From positions 113,827 through 177,826 of the forward strand of contig JAOUOD010000002.1 of assembly GCA_029880545.1 (NCBI GenBank): a stretch of DNA of 64,000 bases. The letters run 5' to 3'. The translations under genes and the position numbers were made by a program. The stretch comes from Gammaproteobacteria bacterium. Its GTDB lineage: Bacteria; Pseudomonadota; Gammaproteobacteria; Acidiferrobacterales; SZUA-150. The notes below the pieces were generated by a model that worked only from the letters and a program-made list of their open reading frames with translations, searched no databases and was not told where the DNA came from. Shown here piece by piece: positions 27,698 to 37,152 of this stretch (within the stretch, counting starts at the first letter, position 1; each line of letters starts with the position of its first letter).

Positions 27698-28144
27698 ATG
27701 AATCATCCGTCGCCATTCAACACGTCGACACCGGGCCTGCTGGTTCGACTTGTCGCCCTGGCCTACGACTCGCTACTGCTGTTCGCCGTGCTCATGCTGG
27801 CCACGTTTCCCTATGTCATTGCTATTGGCGGCCCGCCCGAATCCTTGGTGGCCAAACTGGTTCTACGCACCTGGCTGGTGCTGGTGGCGATCGGATTCTT
27901 TGGCTGGTTCTGGACGCACGGCGGTCAAACCCTGGGTATGCGCGCCTGGCGGCTCAAGCTGGTTCGTGAAGATGGTGGCCCCGTGACCTGGTCGGACGCG
28001 CTCAAGCGCCTGGCAGCCGCTGTACTGAGCCTGGGCACGGCAGGACTGGGTTACGCATGGATACTGGTAGACAAGAATAGCTGCAGTTGGCACGACCGCC
28101 TGAGCCACACACGAGTACTTCGTCTCGCCAAGATCAAAAAGTGA
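27698..28144 (+). CDS. RDD family membrane protein
   Basis: The 148-aa protein has three TM segments. The motifs RLVALAYDSLLL...GGQTLGMRAWRLKLV...SWHDRLSHTRV match the RDD domain pattern. Confidence 0.8.
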   Translation: MNHPSPFNTSTPGLLVRLVALAYDSLLLFAVLMLATFPYVIAIGGPPESLVAKLVLRTWLVLVAIGFFGWFWTHGGQTLGMRAWRLKLVREDGGPVTWSDALKRLAAAVLSLGTAGLGYAWILVDKNSCSWHDRLSHTRVLRLAKIKK

Positions 28145-28148
28145 CTGG

Positions 28149-29231
28149 TCAGGCGGCGCGGCGGAACAGGATCGCCGCCAGCAGCAGGAATACCAGCGGC
28201 GGCGCGGCGGCGCCCATCAGCGGTGGCCAATCCCGAATCAGGGCAAAAGAGCCGAAACTGAGATTGACCATGTAAAACGCAAGTGCAATCAATATACCAA
28301 CAAAAATACGTGAACCCATATTGGCCGCACGCAGAGGTGAAAACACGAACGGGATCGCCAGCAATAACATGACCGCCATCGCCAACGGCGAAAACAGTTT
28401 GCGCCAGAATGCCAGTTCGTATTCATTGGTCTGCTGGAAATTCTGTTTCAAATGAGTGATATAGCGCCGCAACTGCAATAGTGACAGGCTTTCCGGTTTT
28501 ACCGTAAATACTGTCAACACATCCGGTGTCAGACCGGTCTGCCAGGTCCGGTCATCATATTTATGCGCCCTGACCCGATCCTTGTCGATGTCGCTATGCA
28601 ATACCTTATTTAATACCCAGTTGCCATTGTCAAAATACGCCCGCTCTGCCTCCGTGTGCGCCTGCAACTGCATATCCTTGTCAAACCGGAATATATTGAT
28701 CCTGAGCAGGCTCTTGTCCGGCAACACCTCGCGCACATTGATGAATTCATGATCCTGGCGCAGCCACAGGCCAGTGTATTTCTTTTTCGAGAACCCGACT
28801 TCCAGCGATTCTGCACGACCCTGCTGCGCCATTTCCTCGGTAACCGGCACCAGGTATTCGCCGATCAGCATACCGCCGATAACAAAGATCATGCCGGTTT
28901 TCAGCACCGCACCGCCAACCCGCCAGATGGATACACCGGCGGCGCGCATGGCAATGAGTTCGGAATTGGCGGCAAGGTAGGACAGGCCGACGGTGCTGCC
29001 GACCAACGCCGCTGCCGGCATCAACAAGTACAGGCTCTTGGGCTGACTCAGCAGGACAAACTGTACCAGCTCCCACAAACCGAAGTTGGCCTTGCCGACA
29101 AACTTGAGGCCATCAACAAAACCAATGAAGCTGAACAACAGGAACAGCAGGGTAATCACGAACACCGTGCCCAGCATCACGGCCTGGCCAATATACTGAT
29201 CCAGCGTACTAAACAGGCGCACACGCTTCAT
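28149..29231 (-). CDS. lptG: LPS export ABC transporter permease LptG
   Basis: MKRVRLFSTLDQYIGQAV... parallels the E. coli LptG N-terminus. It has an ATGA overlap with the lptF stop. Confidence 0.9.
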   Translation of the reverse strand: MKRVRLFSTLDQYIGQAVMLGTVFVITLLFLLFSFIGFVDGLKFVGKANFGLWELVQFVLLSQPKSLYLLMPAAALVGSTVGLSYLAANSELIAMRAAGVSIWRVGGAVLKTGMIFVIGGMLIGEYLVPVTEEMAQQGRAESLEVGFSKKKYTGLWLRQDHEFINVREVLPDKSLLRINIFRFDKDMQLQAHTEAERAYFDNGNWVLNKVLHSDIDKDRVRAHKYDDRTWQTGLTPDVLTVFTVKPESLSLLQLRRYITHLKQNFQQTNEYELAFWRKLFSPLAMAVMLLLAIPFVFSPLRAANMGSRIFVGILIALAFYMVNLSFGSFALIRDWPPLMGAAAPPLVFLLLAAILFRRAA

Positions 29232-30328
29232 CGCCGGCTCCACGGCAGCAACGGCAGGTTGTTTTCACGACGCCAGAACAAGTAGAAGGCAAAGATCAGA
29301 AACAGGCCGTGCACCCACCACAATCCCAGCCACATGGGCGACTTGCCCTTGTTCAGCATATTGGAGGCAACGCCCAACAGGTTGGAATACAAAAAGAAGA
29401 CAATAACGGCAATAAACAGGTTACTGAAACGTCCGCGGCGCGGATCTGTATAGGCCAGTACCAGCGCCACCATGGCGAGAATAATCACGGCCACGGGCCG
29501 GGCAATACGCCAGTGAATCTGGCTTAACGCTTCGCGACTGCCGGTGTGCCACAACTGCTGTAGCGACATCATGTCCACGTCTCCGGCATTGGCAATCAAC
29601 TTCGGTGGCCGAATGCGCACCCTGTAACGATCAAAACTGACAAACTGGTAATCCGCCTGCCCCGGCGCACCCTCGTACATGTGCCCGCTCAGCAGAACCA
29701 GGTAGCGCTCACCGGTATCCTGGTCAGTCTCGTAAATACCCTGGCTGGCATAGATAGTGCCCTGCCTTTCGCCGTATTTCACATTGGGCGCCAGGCCGCT
29801 GATAAAAATATTGCGCAACCGGTAGTTCTTGGTATCCACGTCTTCGACGTAATAAGTTCGACGACTTGGCCAGGTCTCGCTGAAAACGCCGGCGCGAATA
29901 CCCGAAAACGCCATACTCTGGGTGGAGCTCTGGTGCAGGTATTCAATTTTCAATGCCGCCCAGGGCGATACCCACAAGGACACGCCGGCTACCAGCAGCG
30001 CTACCAGCAGCGCCAATGCCAATAGCGGCCGGACCAGCTGCCGAAGACTGATGCCGCAGGCGGACAGCACCGCCATCTCGTTATCACGATACCAGCGACC
30101 GGCAGCCAGCAATACACCGAGGAACAGCGCCAACGGCAACAAGGTATCGATTGACTGAATCATTTTCAGCCCGAATATTTCCGCCAGCACCTGGCCGGCG
30201 TGGCCACCCACCGTAATCTTGCCCAGTATCCGGGTCATACCCAGGAACAGCATGAAAATAAACAAAATGAGCGCGATGGCGACGGTGTTCGTCGCCGATT
30301 CACGAAACAAGGCGCGCTCAATAATCAC
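29228..30328 (-). CDS. lptF: LPS export ABC transporter permease LptF
   Basis: MIIERALFRESATNTVAIALILFIF... parallels the E. coli LptF N-terminus. It is divergent from pepA as in E. coli and Pseudomonas. Confidence 0.9.
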   Translation of the reverse strand: MIIERALFRESATNTVAIALILFIFMLFLGMTRILGKITVGGHAGQVLAEIFGLKMIQSIDTLLPLALFLGVLLAAGRWYRDNEMAVLSACGISLRQLVRPLLALALLVALLVAGVSLWVSPWAALKIEYLHQSSTQSMAFSGIRAGVFSETWPSRRTYYVEDVDTKNYRLRNIFISGLAPNVKYGERQGTIYASQGIYETDQDTGERYLVLLSGHMYEGAPGQADYQFVSFDRYRVRIRPPKLIANAGDVDMMSLQQLWHTGSREALSQIHWRIARPVAVIILAMVALVLAYTDPRRGRFSNLFIAVIVFFLYSNLLGVASNMLNKGKSPMWLGLWWVHGLFLIFAFYLFWRRENNLPLLPWSRR

Positions 30329-30503
30329 AAATCCCTACCTTCTTTTGACAAGACACTGGCAGCCATAGACAATCATCCCACTCAAATCGCCCGGGATATA
30401 CCATGTAACAGGCGTATAGACTATAACATAACCAACCGGCGCACTTTTCCACAGACAAACAGAACAATGCAGAACATGCAGTAACCGAGGCAACAGAAAT
30501 ATC

Positions 30504-32006
30504 ATGATCAAATTTGAACTCAGTAGCGATTCCCCGGCCGAAGACAACAGCGATTGCATCATCGTCGGCGTCTACGCCGATGGCGAGCTCAGCGCCGATG
30601 CCGAAGACCTTGACGCCGTATGCGGACACAAGATTGCCAAGTTGTGCAAACAAGGTGACATCAACGGCAAACTGGAAGAAACATGGTTACTACACGACCT
30701 GCCCGGACTCAAGTCGCCGCGCGTCCTGGTGGTCGGGCTCGGAAAAAAAGCCGAGTTCGGCCCGGCACGCTACAACAAGGCTTGCCGTGCTGCCGCCTCG
30801 GCCCTGGGCCACAACATTGCCAGCGCCGGCAACTACCTGCCCGGCATCGAAATGGATCAGCGCAGCGCTGCCTGGCGGGTTCGCCAGGCAGCGGCCGAAT
30901 CCATTATTGCCCGCTACCGTTACACGGAAACCAAGAGCAAGACCGAAGATGACAACAGCGAAAACAAGCCGCTGACCACCATCAAGTTGGCGCTGGATGA
31001 AGCGGCGGACAATGACTGCCAGGCGGCGCTGATCCAGGGCCAGGCCATAGGTACCGGCACCTGCCTGACCCGTGAACTGGGCAACCTGCCCGGCAACATC
31101 TGCACACCCAGCTATCTTGCCAACGAAGCCCGCAACCTGGCCGATCAGTACGACAGCATCAGCTGCACCATACTGGAAGAAGACGAAATGGCTGAACTGG
31201 GTATGGATGCACTGTTGTCCGTATCCCGCGGCAGCCGCCAGCCGGCCAAGCTCATTATTATGGAATACCAGGGCGGCAAGAACGGTGACGCACCGGTAGC
31301 ACTGGTAGGCAAGGGTCTGACCTTCGATGCCGGCGGCATTTCCCTGAAACCCGCCGCTGCCATGGATGAAATGAAATTTGATATGTGTGGTGGCGCCAGC
31401 GTGTTTGGCGCACTCAAGGCCTGCGCCGAAATGCAGTTACCGATGAACGTTATTGGCGTTGTACCCAGCTCCGAGAACCTGCCTGACGGCGACGCCAACA
31501 AGCCCGGCGACGTGGTTACCAGCATGTCCGGCCAGACTATTGAAGTATTGAATACCGATGCCGAAGGCCGCCTGATTCTGTGTGATGCCCTCACCTATAC
31601 CGAGCGCTTCAAGCCGGTAGCCGTGGTCGATATCGCCACCCTGACCGGCGCCTGTGTTGTCGCCCTGGGTGCCCATGCCTCCGGCCTGCTGAGCAATGAT
31701 GATGATCTTGCTGACGAGCTACTCAGTGCTGGCGAAACCAGCTGCGATCGTGCCTGGCGCCTGCCGCTGTGGGATGACTACCAGCAACAACTGGATTCCA
31801 ACTTTGCCGACATGGCCAACGTCGGCGGCCGCGAAGCCGGTACCATTACCGCCGCCTGCTTCCTGGCACGCTATACCAAAAACATGACCTGGGCACACCT
31901 GGACATCGCCGGTACCGCCTGGAACAAGGGCAAGGGCAAGGGTGCCTCCGGTCGCCCGGTCGGCCTGCTCACCGAGTTCCTGATGAAACGCGCCGGTGTA
32001 AGCTAG
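30504..32006 (+). CDS. pepA: leucyl aminopeptidase (M17)
   Basis: 500 aa. The M17 catalytic region reads VGKGLTFDAGGISLKP...MKFDMCGGA...NTDAEGRLILCD. Confidence 0.95.
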   Translation: MIKFELSSDSPAEDNSDCIIVGVYADGELSADAEDLDAVCGHKIAKLCKQGDINGKLEETWLLHDLPGLKSPRVLVVGLGKKAEFGPARYNKACRAAASALGHNIASAGNYLPGIEMDQRSAAWRVRQAAAESIIARYRYTETKSKTEDDNSENKPLTTIKLALDEAADNDCQAALIQGQAIGTGTCLTRELGNLPGNICTPSYLANEARNLADQYDSISCTILEEDEMAELGMDALLSVSRGSRQPAKLIIMEYQGGKNGDAPVALVGKGLTFDAGGISLKPAAAMDEMKFDMCGGASVFGALKACAEMQLPMNVIGVVPSSENLPDGDANKPGDVVTSMSGQTIEVLNTDAEGRLILCDALTYTERFKPVAVVDIATLTGACVVALGAHASGLLSNDDDLADELLSAGETSCDRAWRLPLWDDYQQQLDSNFADMANVGGREAGTITAACFLARYTKNMTWAHLDIAGTAWNKGKGKGASGRPVGLLTEFLMKRAGVS

Positions 32007-32024
32007 GGCCGGCGCAGCACACGG

Positions 32025-32642
32025 ATGTATCACGGCGAAAAATTCAACAGCATCAGCCACCTGGTAGGTGCGGTGCTGTCACTGGTCGGCATGACCGTGC
32101 TGGTGACGCTGGCAATCCAGCAGGGCGACCCGTGGAAAATTGTCAGCTTTGCCATCTACGGCACGACGCTGTTGTTGTTGTACACGTCATCAACGCTGTA
32201 TCACAGCCTGCGTGGACCGGGGAAAATCCTGTTCCGCAAGCTGGATCATGGTTCCATCTACCTGCTCATCGCCGGCAGCTATACGCCGTTTACACTCATC
32301 ACCCTGCGCGGCCCCTGGGGCTGGTCGTTGTTGGCAGTCGTGTGGATACTGGCCATTGCCGGCATTATTCTCGATAACCTGGATATCAACGGCAAACGCA
32401 AGCTGCGTGTCACGCTGTATACAATGATGGGCTGGCTGGTAGTCATCGCCGCCTACCCGATGATCCAGAACCTGCCCGTCGGCGGCATCACCTGGCTCGT
32501 GGCCGGCGGCCTGCTCTACACCGGCGGTGTCGGTTTTTACGTCTTCGACAAAAAACTCAAACATGGTCACGGCATCTGGCACCTGTTCGTGCTTGGCGGC
32601 AGCATCAGTCATTACATGACGGTGGCGTTATACCTGGCATAA
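32025..32642 (+). CDS. hemolysin III / PAQR family membrane protein
   Basis: Seven-TM 205-aa protein with EKFNSISHLVG, STLYHSL, LDHGSIYLLIAGSYTP and HGIWHLFVLGGSISHY motifs. Confidence 0.88.
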   Translation: MYHGEKFNSISHLVGAVLSLVGMTVLVTLAIQQGDPWKIVSFAIYGTTLLLLYTSSTLYHSLRGPGKILFRKLDHGSIYLLIAGSYTPFTLITLRGPWGWSLLAVVWILAIAGIILDNLDINGKRKLRVTLYTMMGWLVVIAAYPMIQNLPVGGITWLVAGGLLYTGGVGFYVFDKKLKHGHGIWHLFVLGGSISHYMTVALYLA

Positions 32643-32769
32643 GGCAAGCAGCATTTATTGCCTGTCAAATGAATCTGCCCTTGATAATCAAACCAGCCAT
32701 GCCCGGCACTTGTCACAAGGTTTGTTGCGAGTGTTTGCCGGTCGCCCGGCGACTGCTATCATTTACACC

Positions 32770-33222
32770 ATGAATCGCCCACGCCACACCGGTTTCCTGG
32801 TACCGCTGCTTGTCAGTGCACTGGTTTCACTACAGTGGTTCACGCCACATATGCACCTGGTGGCTCAGCACGATCATGACGGCATGCCGCATGAACACGG
32901 GGCCCGGATTCATGCAGCGCATAACTTCAGTGCCGCAACACATCATGCCGATGCAATCGATATCGCCACCGACAGCAATACCGGCGATACACATCAAAAT
33001 GATACACATCAGAATATCGTTGAGCTTGACCAGGAATGCGGCAACCGTATGCAGCATACCGGCAAGGCCACACAGTATGCCCTGCCGTCGTCCGCGCCCG
33101 CGTTAAACATCGCTTCGGCCACCATGGCCCGGGACAAGGTTCCGCATCATGACCCGGTCATCGATAACCCGGCCCATTCCCTGGTTCGCTCCCGCGCTCC
33201 TCCTGAAATTTCCCTGGTCTAG
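32770..33222 (+). CDS. His-rich secreted or membrane-anchored protein (unknown; metal-related by context)
   Basis: It has an N-terminal hydrophobic segment followed by many His residues (PHMHLVAQHDHDGMPHEHGARIHAAHNFSAATHHAD...). A DTHQN-DTHQN tandem repeat is present. The start is uncertain. Confidence 0.45.
   Translation: MNRPRHTGFLVPLLVSALVSLQWFTPHMHLVAQHDHDGMPHEHGARIHAAHNFSAATHHADAIDIATDSNTGDTHQNDTHQNIVELDQECGNRMQHTGKATQYALPSSAPALNIASATMARDKVPHHDPVIDNPAHSLVRSRAPPEISLV
32986..33015 (+). repeat. 15-bp tandem duplication inside the His-rich gene
   Basis: GATACACATCAAAAT followed by GATACACATCAGAAT (14/15 identical). It is in frame and encodes DTHQN twice. Confidence 0.9.
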
Positions 33223-33296
33223 ATCTTTGTCGCTACCGGCGCCATGGCAGCATGGCCCGGCCTGCTTGTTTGCTGCATATTTTCAGAGAGGTAGTT

Positions 33297-34109
33297 ATGG
33301 TATTTGAATCCCGATCCTGGCGCTGGCTGGCGGCTACGTTGGCGGCTACGTTGGCGGCGGTTGCCGCCGGCCAGGCAATGGCACACGGCATGTCCGCCGC
33401 CGAAAACCAATCCATCATCGAGGGTGGCAACCTGCGCTATATGATCATCGGCGCCACCCACATGTTGTCAGGTTATGATCACCTGTTATTTGTCTTTGGC
33501 ATTATTTTCTTTTTGACCAGCTTCAGGGATATTGTCAAATACATTACGGCATTTACCCTGGGACACAGCGTCACGCTTATCTACGCAACCTTCAACGGCA
33601 TCCAGATCAATTACTTCCTGATCGATGCGCTGATCGCGCTGAGCGTGTGTTATATCGCCTTTGCCAATCTCGATGGCTTTAACCGGCATCTCGGTATCAG
33701 GCCACCCAACCTGCTGGCCATGATTACCGGCCTCGGGCTGATCCACGGACTTGGCCTTTCCACGCGCCTGCAACAACTTCCGTTATCCGAAAACCATTTA
33801 TTGATGAATATCATTTCATTCAACATTGGCATTGAGCTTGGCCAGATCCTGGCGCTGACTGTTATGCTGCTGTTGCTGGCCGGCTGGCGCAACATGAAGT
33901 CCTTTACGTCCTTCAGCAAGGTATCCAATTTCGGCCTGATCTTTGCCGGCTTGTACCTGTTCCTGGTCCAGATGCACGGCTATTCCCATATCTCTGCGCC
34001 GGACGAATTTGGCTTCAGCAGCGATAACCATTACCACGAGCACATGAAGATGGACAATCAATCCGCTGACCAGGCGGGACGCAACAACAGGCACGAATCC
34101 ATCGACTAA
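33297..34109 (+). CDS. HupE/UreJ family metal (Ni/Co) transporter-like membrane protein
   Basis: It has a signal peptide ending AMAHG. Family-typical motifs are SGYDHLLFVFGIIFFL, AFTLGHSVTL, GLIHGLGLS and NIGIELGQ. GAGAGG lies upstream of the ATG at 33297. Confidence 0.82.
   Translation: MVFESRSWRWLAATLAATLAAVAAGQAMAHGMSAAENQSIIEGGNLRYMIIGATHMLSGYDHLLFVFGIIFFLTSFRDIVKYITAFTLGHSVTLIYATFNGIQINYFLIDALIALSVCYIAFANLDGFNRHLGIRPPNLLAMITGLGLIHGLGLSTRLQQLPLSENHLLMNIISFNIGIELGQILALTVMLLLLAGWRNMKSFTSFSKVSNFGLIFAGLYLFLVQMHGYSHISAPDEFGFSSDNHYHEHMKMDNQSADQAGRNNRHESID
33329..33360 (+). repeat. 12-bp tandem repeat (about 2.7 copies) in the HupE signal peptide
   Basis: GGCGGCTACGTT GGCGGCTACGTT GGCGGCGG. 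It encodes AATL-AATL-AAV. Confidence 0.9.
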
Positions 34110-34151
34110 CGTACGCAAAAGTTACTCATCTACAGTTTGAGGAGAAAGACA

Positions 34152-34508
34152 TTGAAATCACTGGTTACAGCATTACTCCTGGCATCACTTGCCGTGCTTG
34201 CTCCCGCTTTCGCCGGCCCCGGCCATGAACACGAACACGGTCACAGTCATTCACACAAGCCCGTTTCCGCCGACCAGGCAAAACAAAAAGCCGCGGCCAG
34301 GATTGCGCAGCTTGTCGAAAAAGGAAAACTGGATACGAGTTGGGCGAAGCTTGACCCGGTAAGCGCGGAAAAAAAACAATATAACGGAAAGACGGAATGG
34401 GTTGTGACTTACAAAAACAGCAAGGCAACCGACCCGGCGAAACAGAACCTGTACGTTTTCTTCACCCTTGGCGGCAAGTATCTCGCCACCAACCATTCAG
34501 GAAAATAA
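34152..34508 (+). CDS. periplasmic His-rich small protein (DUF6488 / PepSY-like, as I recall the family)
   Basis: It has a signal peptide, then GPGHEHEHGHSHSHKP. The following region is PepSY-like (AAARIAQLVEKGKLDTSWAKL...EWVVTYKN...LYVFFTLGGKYLATNHSGK). The likely TTG start at 34152 is preceded by GAGGAG. Confidence 0.55.
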   Translation: MKSLVTALLLASLAVLAPAFAGPGHEHEHGHSHSHKPVSADQAKQKAAARIAQLVEKGKLDTSWAKLDPVSAEKKQYNGKTEWVVTYKNSKATDPAKQNLYVFFTLGGKYLATNHSGK

Positions 34509-34517
34509 ACCAACGAT

Positions 34518-34546
34518 GGGGCGCGAAAGCGCCCCGTTTTTGTTTT
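34518..34546 (+). terminator. rho-independent terminator
   Basis: GGGGCGC-GAAA-GCGCCCC followed by GTTTTTGTTTT. Confidence 0.85.
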
Positions 34547-34648
34547 CCAATGACATGTGAATCACAAATCCACGCAGCCGTAATGGACACGATTGAAGTT
34601 CGCCGCCCAGATGAACCCGATCAATTTCCAGGATCTGCACAATAATTG

Positions 34649-35056
34649 TTAGTCATCATCCCCGCCCATCAACCAGCCAATGCCCAGCACCATGAGACCA
34701 ATCTCGAGCAGGCCTGGACACGATTCTTTCGGGGCGCGGGTTTCCCGGGAGTCTTTGTAAAAGTCATACTCGTCGTACAGGCGCTCGCGATCGAAATACC
34801 GTGGTTCATCATCGAACTGCGCATCTTCGGCATCCTCCAGCCTGATGAGGTCGGTCCCGGGTCGGGGCTGGTATAAGTTGTAATCATTATCAGGCCCGTA
34901 CATGGGCGGGTCCATCCATTCCGCTATCACAAAGCCTGTCAAATGGACGATAAAAGGTAACAATAAATATGCACAAAAACCAACCAAAAAACTGTCAAAC
35001 CAGTCACCGATAATGCAGGCCACCACAAACCAGAAGATCGAGGCAAGAAATTCCAT
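34649..35056 (-). CDS. membrane protein with acidic central loop (unknown)
   Basis: 135 aa. It has two N-terminal TM helices, a Pro/Asp/Tyr-rich loop and a C-terminal TM (LLEIGLMVLGIGWLMGG). GGAGG lies upstream of the ATG at 35056, 2 nt after the stop of the upstream gene. Confidence 0.5.
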   Translation of the reverse strand: MEFLASIFWFVVACIIGDWFDSFLVGFCAYLLLPFIVHLTGFVIAEWMDPPMYGPDNDYNLYQPRPGTDLIRLEDAEDAQFDDEPRYFDRERLYDEYDFYKDSRETRAPKESCPGLLEIGLMVLGIGWLMGGDDD

Positions 35057-35058
35057 CG

Positions 35059-35475
35059 CTACACCTCCAGCCATAACTCGATAAAAAGGCACTTCCAGGG
35101 GTTGTCGGACTGCTGCAGCCCGCAGATGTGCGCGCGCAGGGTCTCGCCACGGTCCAGCATCTGGCTGACAGCAACATTGTGCCGGCGCGGCACGTAACCG
35201 AGTTTCCAGTTGTCCAGAAAGACGCTCACCGCGCGGCGGTCGTGCGGGTTACCAGGTTCACGACACAAGCTGAGTTCGTCCCCGATTCTGAGATCAGCTT
35301 GCAGGAACGGGCCGTTGTAGTACCGGAAACCTGCCACCGGCGAGTGCTGCAGGATTAGCCGTCGCTTCGGCGACGCAGCAGGGACCGCGGGATTCGCCGC
35401 TGCCGGTAGTTGCGGTGCCACAAAGCCCAGACCAGCCAAGCCTGCCAACCGTCCCAGAAATCCGCGTCGTTTCAT
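35059..35475 (-). CDS. HIRAN-like domain protein with twin-arginine (Tat) signal peptide
   Basis: MKRRGFLGRLAGLAGLGFVAPQL is a Tat-type signal. The rest reads VAGFRYYNG...IGDELSLCREPGNPHDRRAVSVFLDNWKLGYVPRRHNVAVSQMLDRGE and follows the HIRAN pattern (GD.L.L.REP.NP.D..A......G..lGYvP). Confidence 0.6.
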   Translation of the reverse strand: MKRRGFLGRLAGLAGLGFVAPQLPAAANPAVPAASPKRRLILQHSPVAGFRYYNGPFLQADLRIGDELSLCREPGNPHDRRAVSVFLDNWKLGYVPRRHNVAVSQMLDRGETLRAHICGLQQSDNPWKCLFIELWLEV

Positions 35476-35585
35476 GACATCACCCTCACGCAATAATTGC
35501 CATAATCGGGCACAGCCTAACCCGGACGCTGGCTCACTGGGTGAGCCCGTATGACAGGCAGGGCATCAAGACCGCCGGGCTGTTT

Positions 35586-36881
35586 TTAGCAAGACATTGG
35601 CTTCAGGAGTGTTCTTCGGGCAACGTGGTAATGCTCGACGGCGCTCACCAGGTTGGCCAATAGCAGGCCCTGTGACAGGAAAAACACCAGCGCCGCGGGA
35701 TAAAACGCGATTGATGACACCAGGTAATGCAGCGCCAGGAGTATTAGCGATGACAAGTGCAGATAGAATTGCACGCGGCTCAGTTGATCGGACGCCAGTT
35801 GTTTCATATTGGGCACGGTGCTTTGTGGCAAGCCTTGTTGTTGCCGGATCAGGTTGAGATGCAACCAGGCAATAAACGGGACAATCCTGTACATCATGCC
35901 GTTGGCCGCGGAACAGAATGATCCCACCACCAGCACGACACCCAGCAGCATGTCATTTGCTTCCAGGCCAAGCCTGTCTCTCGCCAGCCACAATACACAG
36001 GCAAGCATCATGCTGGTAAAGGCCAGGTACCAGAACAGCACGCCAACGTCCTTCAGCTTGCGCTTGCGGCTCCACAACAACACCAGGCTGGTGGCGGAGA
36101 ACATCATTATCACCAGGGCAACAACGATGTTTCCGGACAAGGCGAGCCAGGGCTCAAAAAACGATTGCCCGATAGTCATCAACACCAGGCCCGTCACTGC
36201 TGTCCAGGCCAGCGCCTTTCGATGCCAAAGCGGGTACTCGCGCGTGATCTGGAACATGGGTATGACCTGGTAGGCAACCGCCATCAGCAGCAGTATCACC
36301 CAGCCGGTCAAACCCCAGTTCATATGAAGTGACGTCAACTCACGAGTGAATATGGAGCCGGCTCCTGCAGATGTGATTGACAGGCCCGTACCCAGCACAA
36401 CCGTTACAAGCAAGGCGCCCAGCGCCAGCAGCATTGTCGTGCGTGTAGCATGCGCGCTCACGGATACCGCCAGGCAGTGCCCCGACATCACTATAAAGAG
36501 GAAAATTGACAGCCCGAGCAGTACAGATGCCGACACAAACAGCAACGAAAAACCGGTCAGCCAGGCCGATACCAGGCTGGCAATGCCGGTCAATAACCCG
36601 AAATATACCGATACACTGAATAACCGCGCTGCCGGAACCGGCGTGCCCAGCAGTACCGGCAACAATTGCTGCATGGCGCCAACCATGGTCATGAGCAAAA
36701 AACCCAGCGTCAGCATATGGGTGACGGCCAGGCTTTCTGCTGACCAGCGATTGAAAAAGGGCTCGGGTCCGAACCACAACAATACAAGCGCAGCCAGCAT
36801 TCCAAATGCCGGTGCCGAAAGAATAAACGGGATCGGAACAGAAAATGCCGGGGTCTGCTGTAATGACAGGCTGGCAGGCAT
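35586..36881 (-). CDS. polytopic membrane protein (about 12 TM; unknown, possibly NnrS-like)
   Basis: 431 aa from MPASLSLQQTPAF.... It is hydrophobic throughout with conserved-looking intramembrane His residues (AVTHMLTLGF, SLHMNWGL, IAWLHLN). It lies directly downstream of the DUF2249 and hemerythrin genes. Confidence 0.6.
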   Translation of the reverse strand: MPASLSLQQTPAFSVPIPFILSAPAFGMLAALVLLWFGPEPFFNRWSAESLAVTHMLTLGFLLMTMVGAMQQLLPVLLGTPVPAARLFSVSVYFGLLTGIASLVSAWLTGFSLLFVSASVLLGLSIFLFIVMSGHCLAVSVSAHATRTTMLLALGALLVTVVLGTGLSITSAGAGSIFTRELTSLHMNWGLTGWVILLLMAVAYQVIPMFQITREYPLWHRKALAWTAVTGLVLMTIGQSFFEPWLALSGNIVVALVIMMFSATSLVLLWSRKRKLKDVGVLFWYLAFTSMMLACVLWLARDRLGLEANDMLLGVVLVVGSFCSAANGMMYRIVPFIAWLHLNLIRQQQGLPQSTVPNMKQLASDQLSRVQFYLHLSSLILLALHYLVSSIAFYPAALVFFLSQGLLLANLVSAVEHYHVARRTLLKPMSC

Positions 36882-36885
36882 TAAC

Positions 36886-37152
36886 TTACTCGTCGAACTC
36901 GGCCACCACCGCCGCCTCGGCCTCGGTATCACCGACGCGCCAGACAAGCAACTCAACCGCGGTCACGCTGCCCTGCCGCTGCCTGAACCCAAACCCCGAT
37001 TGCTGCAATTGCTCGTACAACAGGCACGGGTCACGCCGATGACGCAGGCACAGGTATTCACCGGGCTGTAACTGACTCACCGCCTCGGTTGCCATCACCA
37101 GCGGGTCGGGCGGCTCCATGTCACTGACATCCAGGAGTACTTGCCTGGCCAT
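36886..37152 (-). CDS. DUF2249 domain protein (TusA-like fold)
   Basis: 88 aa. LLDVSDMEPPDPLVMATEAVSQLQPGEYLCLRHRRDPCLLYEQL matches the DUF2249 pattern (LDvR.l.pp.p...i......L.pGe.l.l....dP.pL). Confidence 0.7.
   Translation of the reverse strand: MARQVLLDVSDMEPPDPLVMATEAVSQLQPGEYLCLRHRRDPCLLYEQLQQSGFGFRQRQGSVTAVELLVWRVGDTEAEAAVVAEFDE

Noticed and set aside
27240-27700. Possibility that the AT-rich spacer with DnaA boxes is the chromosomal origin (oriC).
   Set aside because: There is only one perfect DnaA box and a single 13-mer-like element, and I saw only one GATC in the spacer. The usual origin-flanking genes (dnaA/dnaN, mnmG/mioC, rpmH) are absent. Another perfect TGTGGATAA occurs by itself at 11784-11792, so one box is not significant. 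The region is kept as a regulatory-site finding only.
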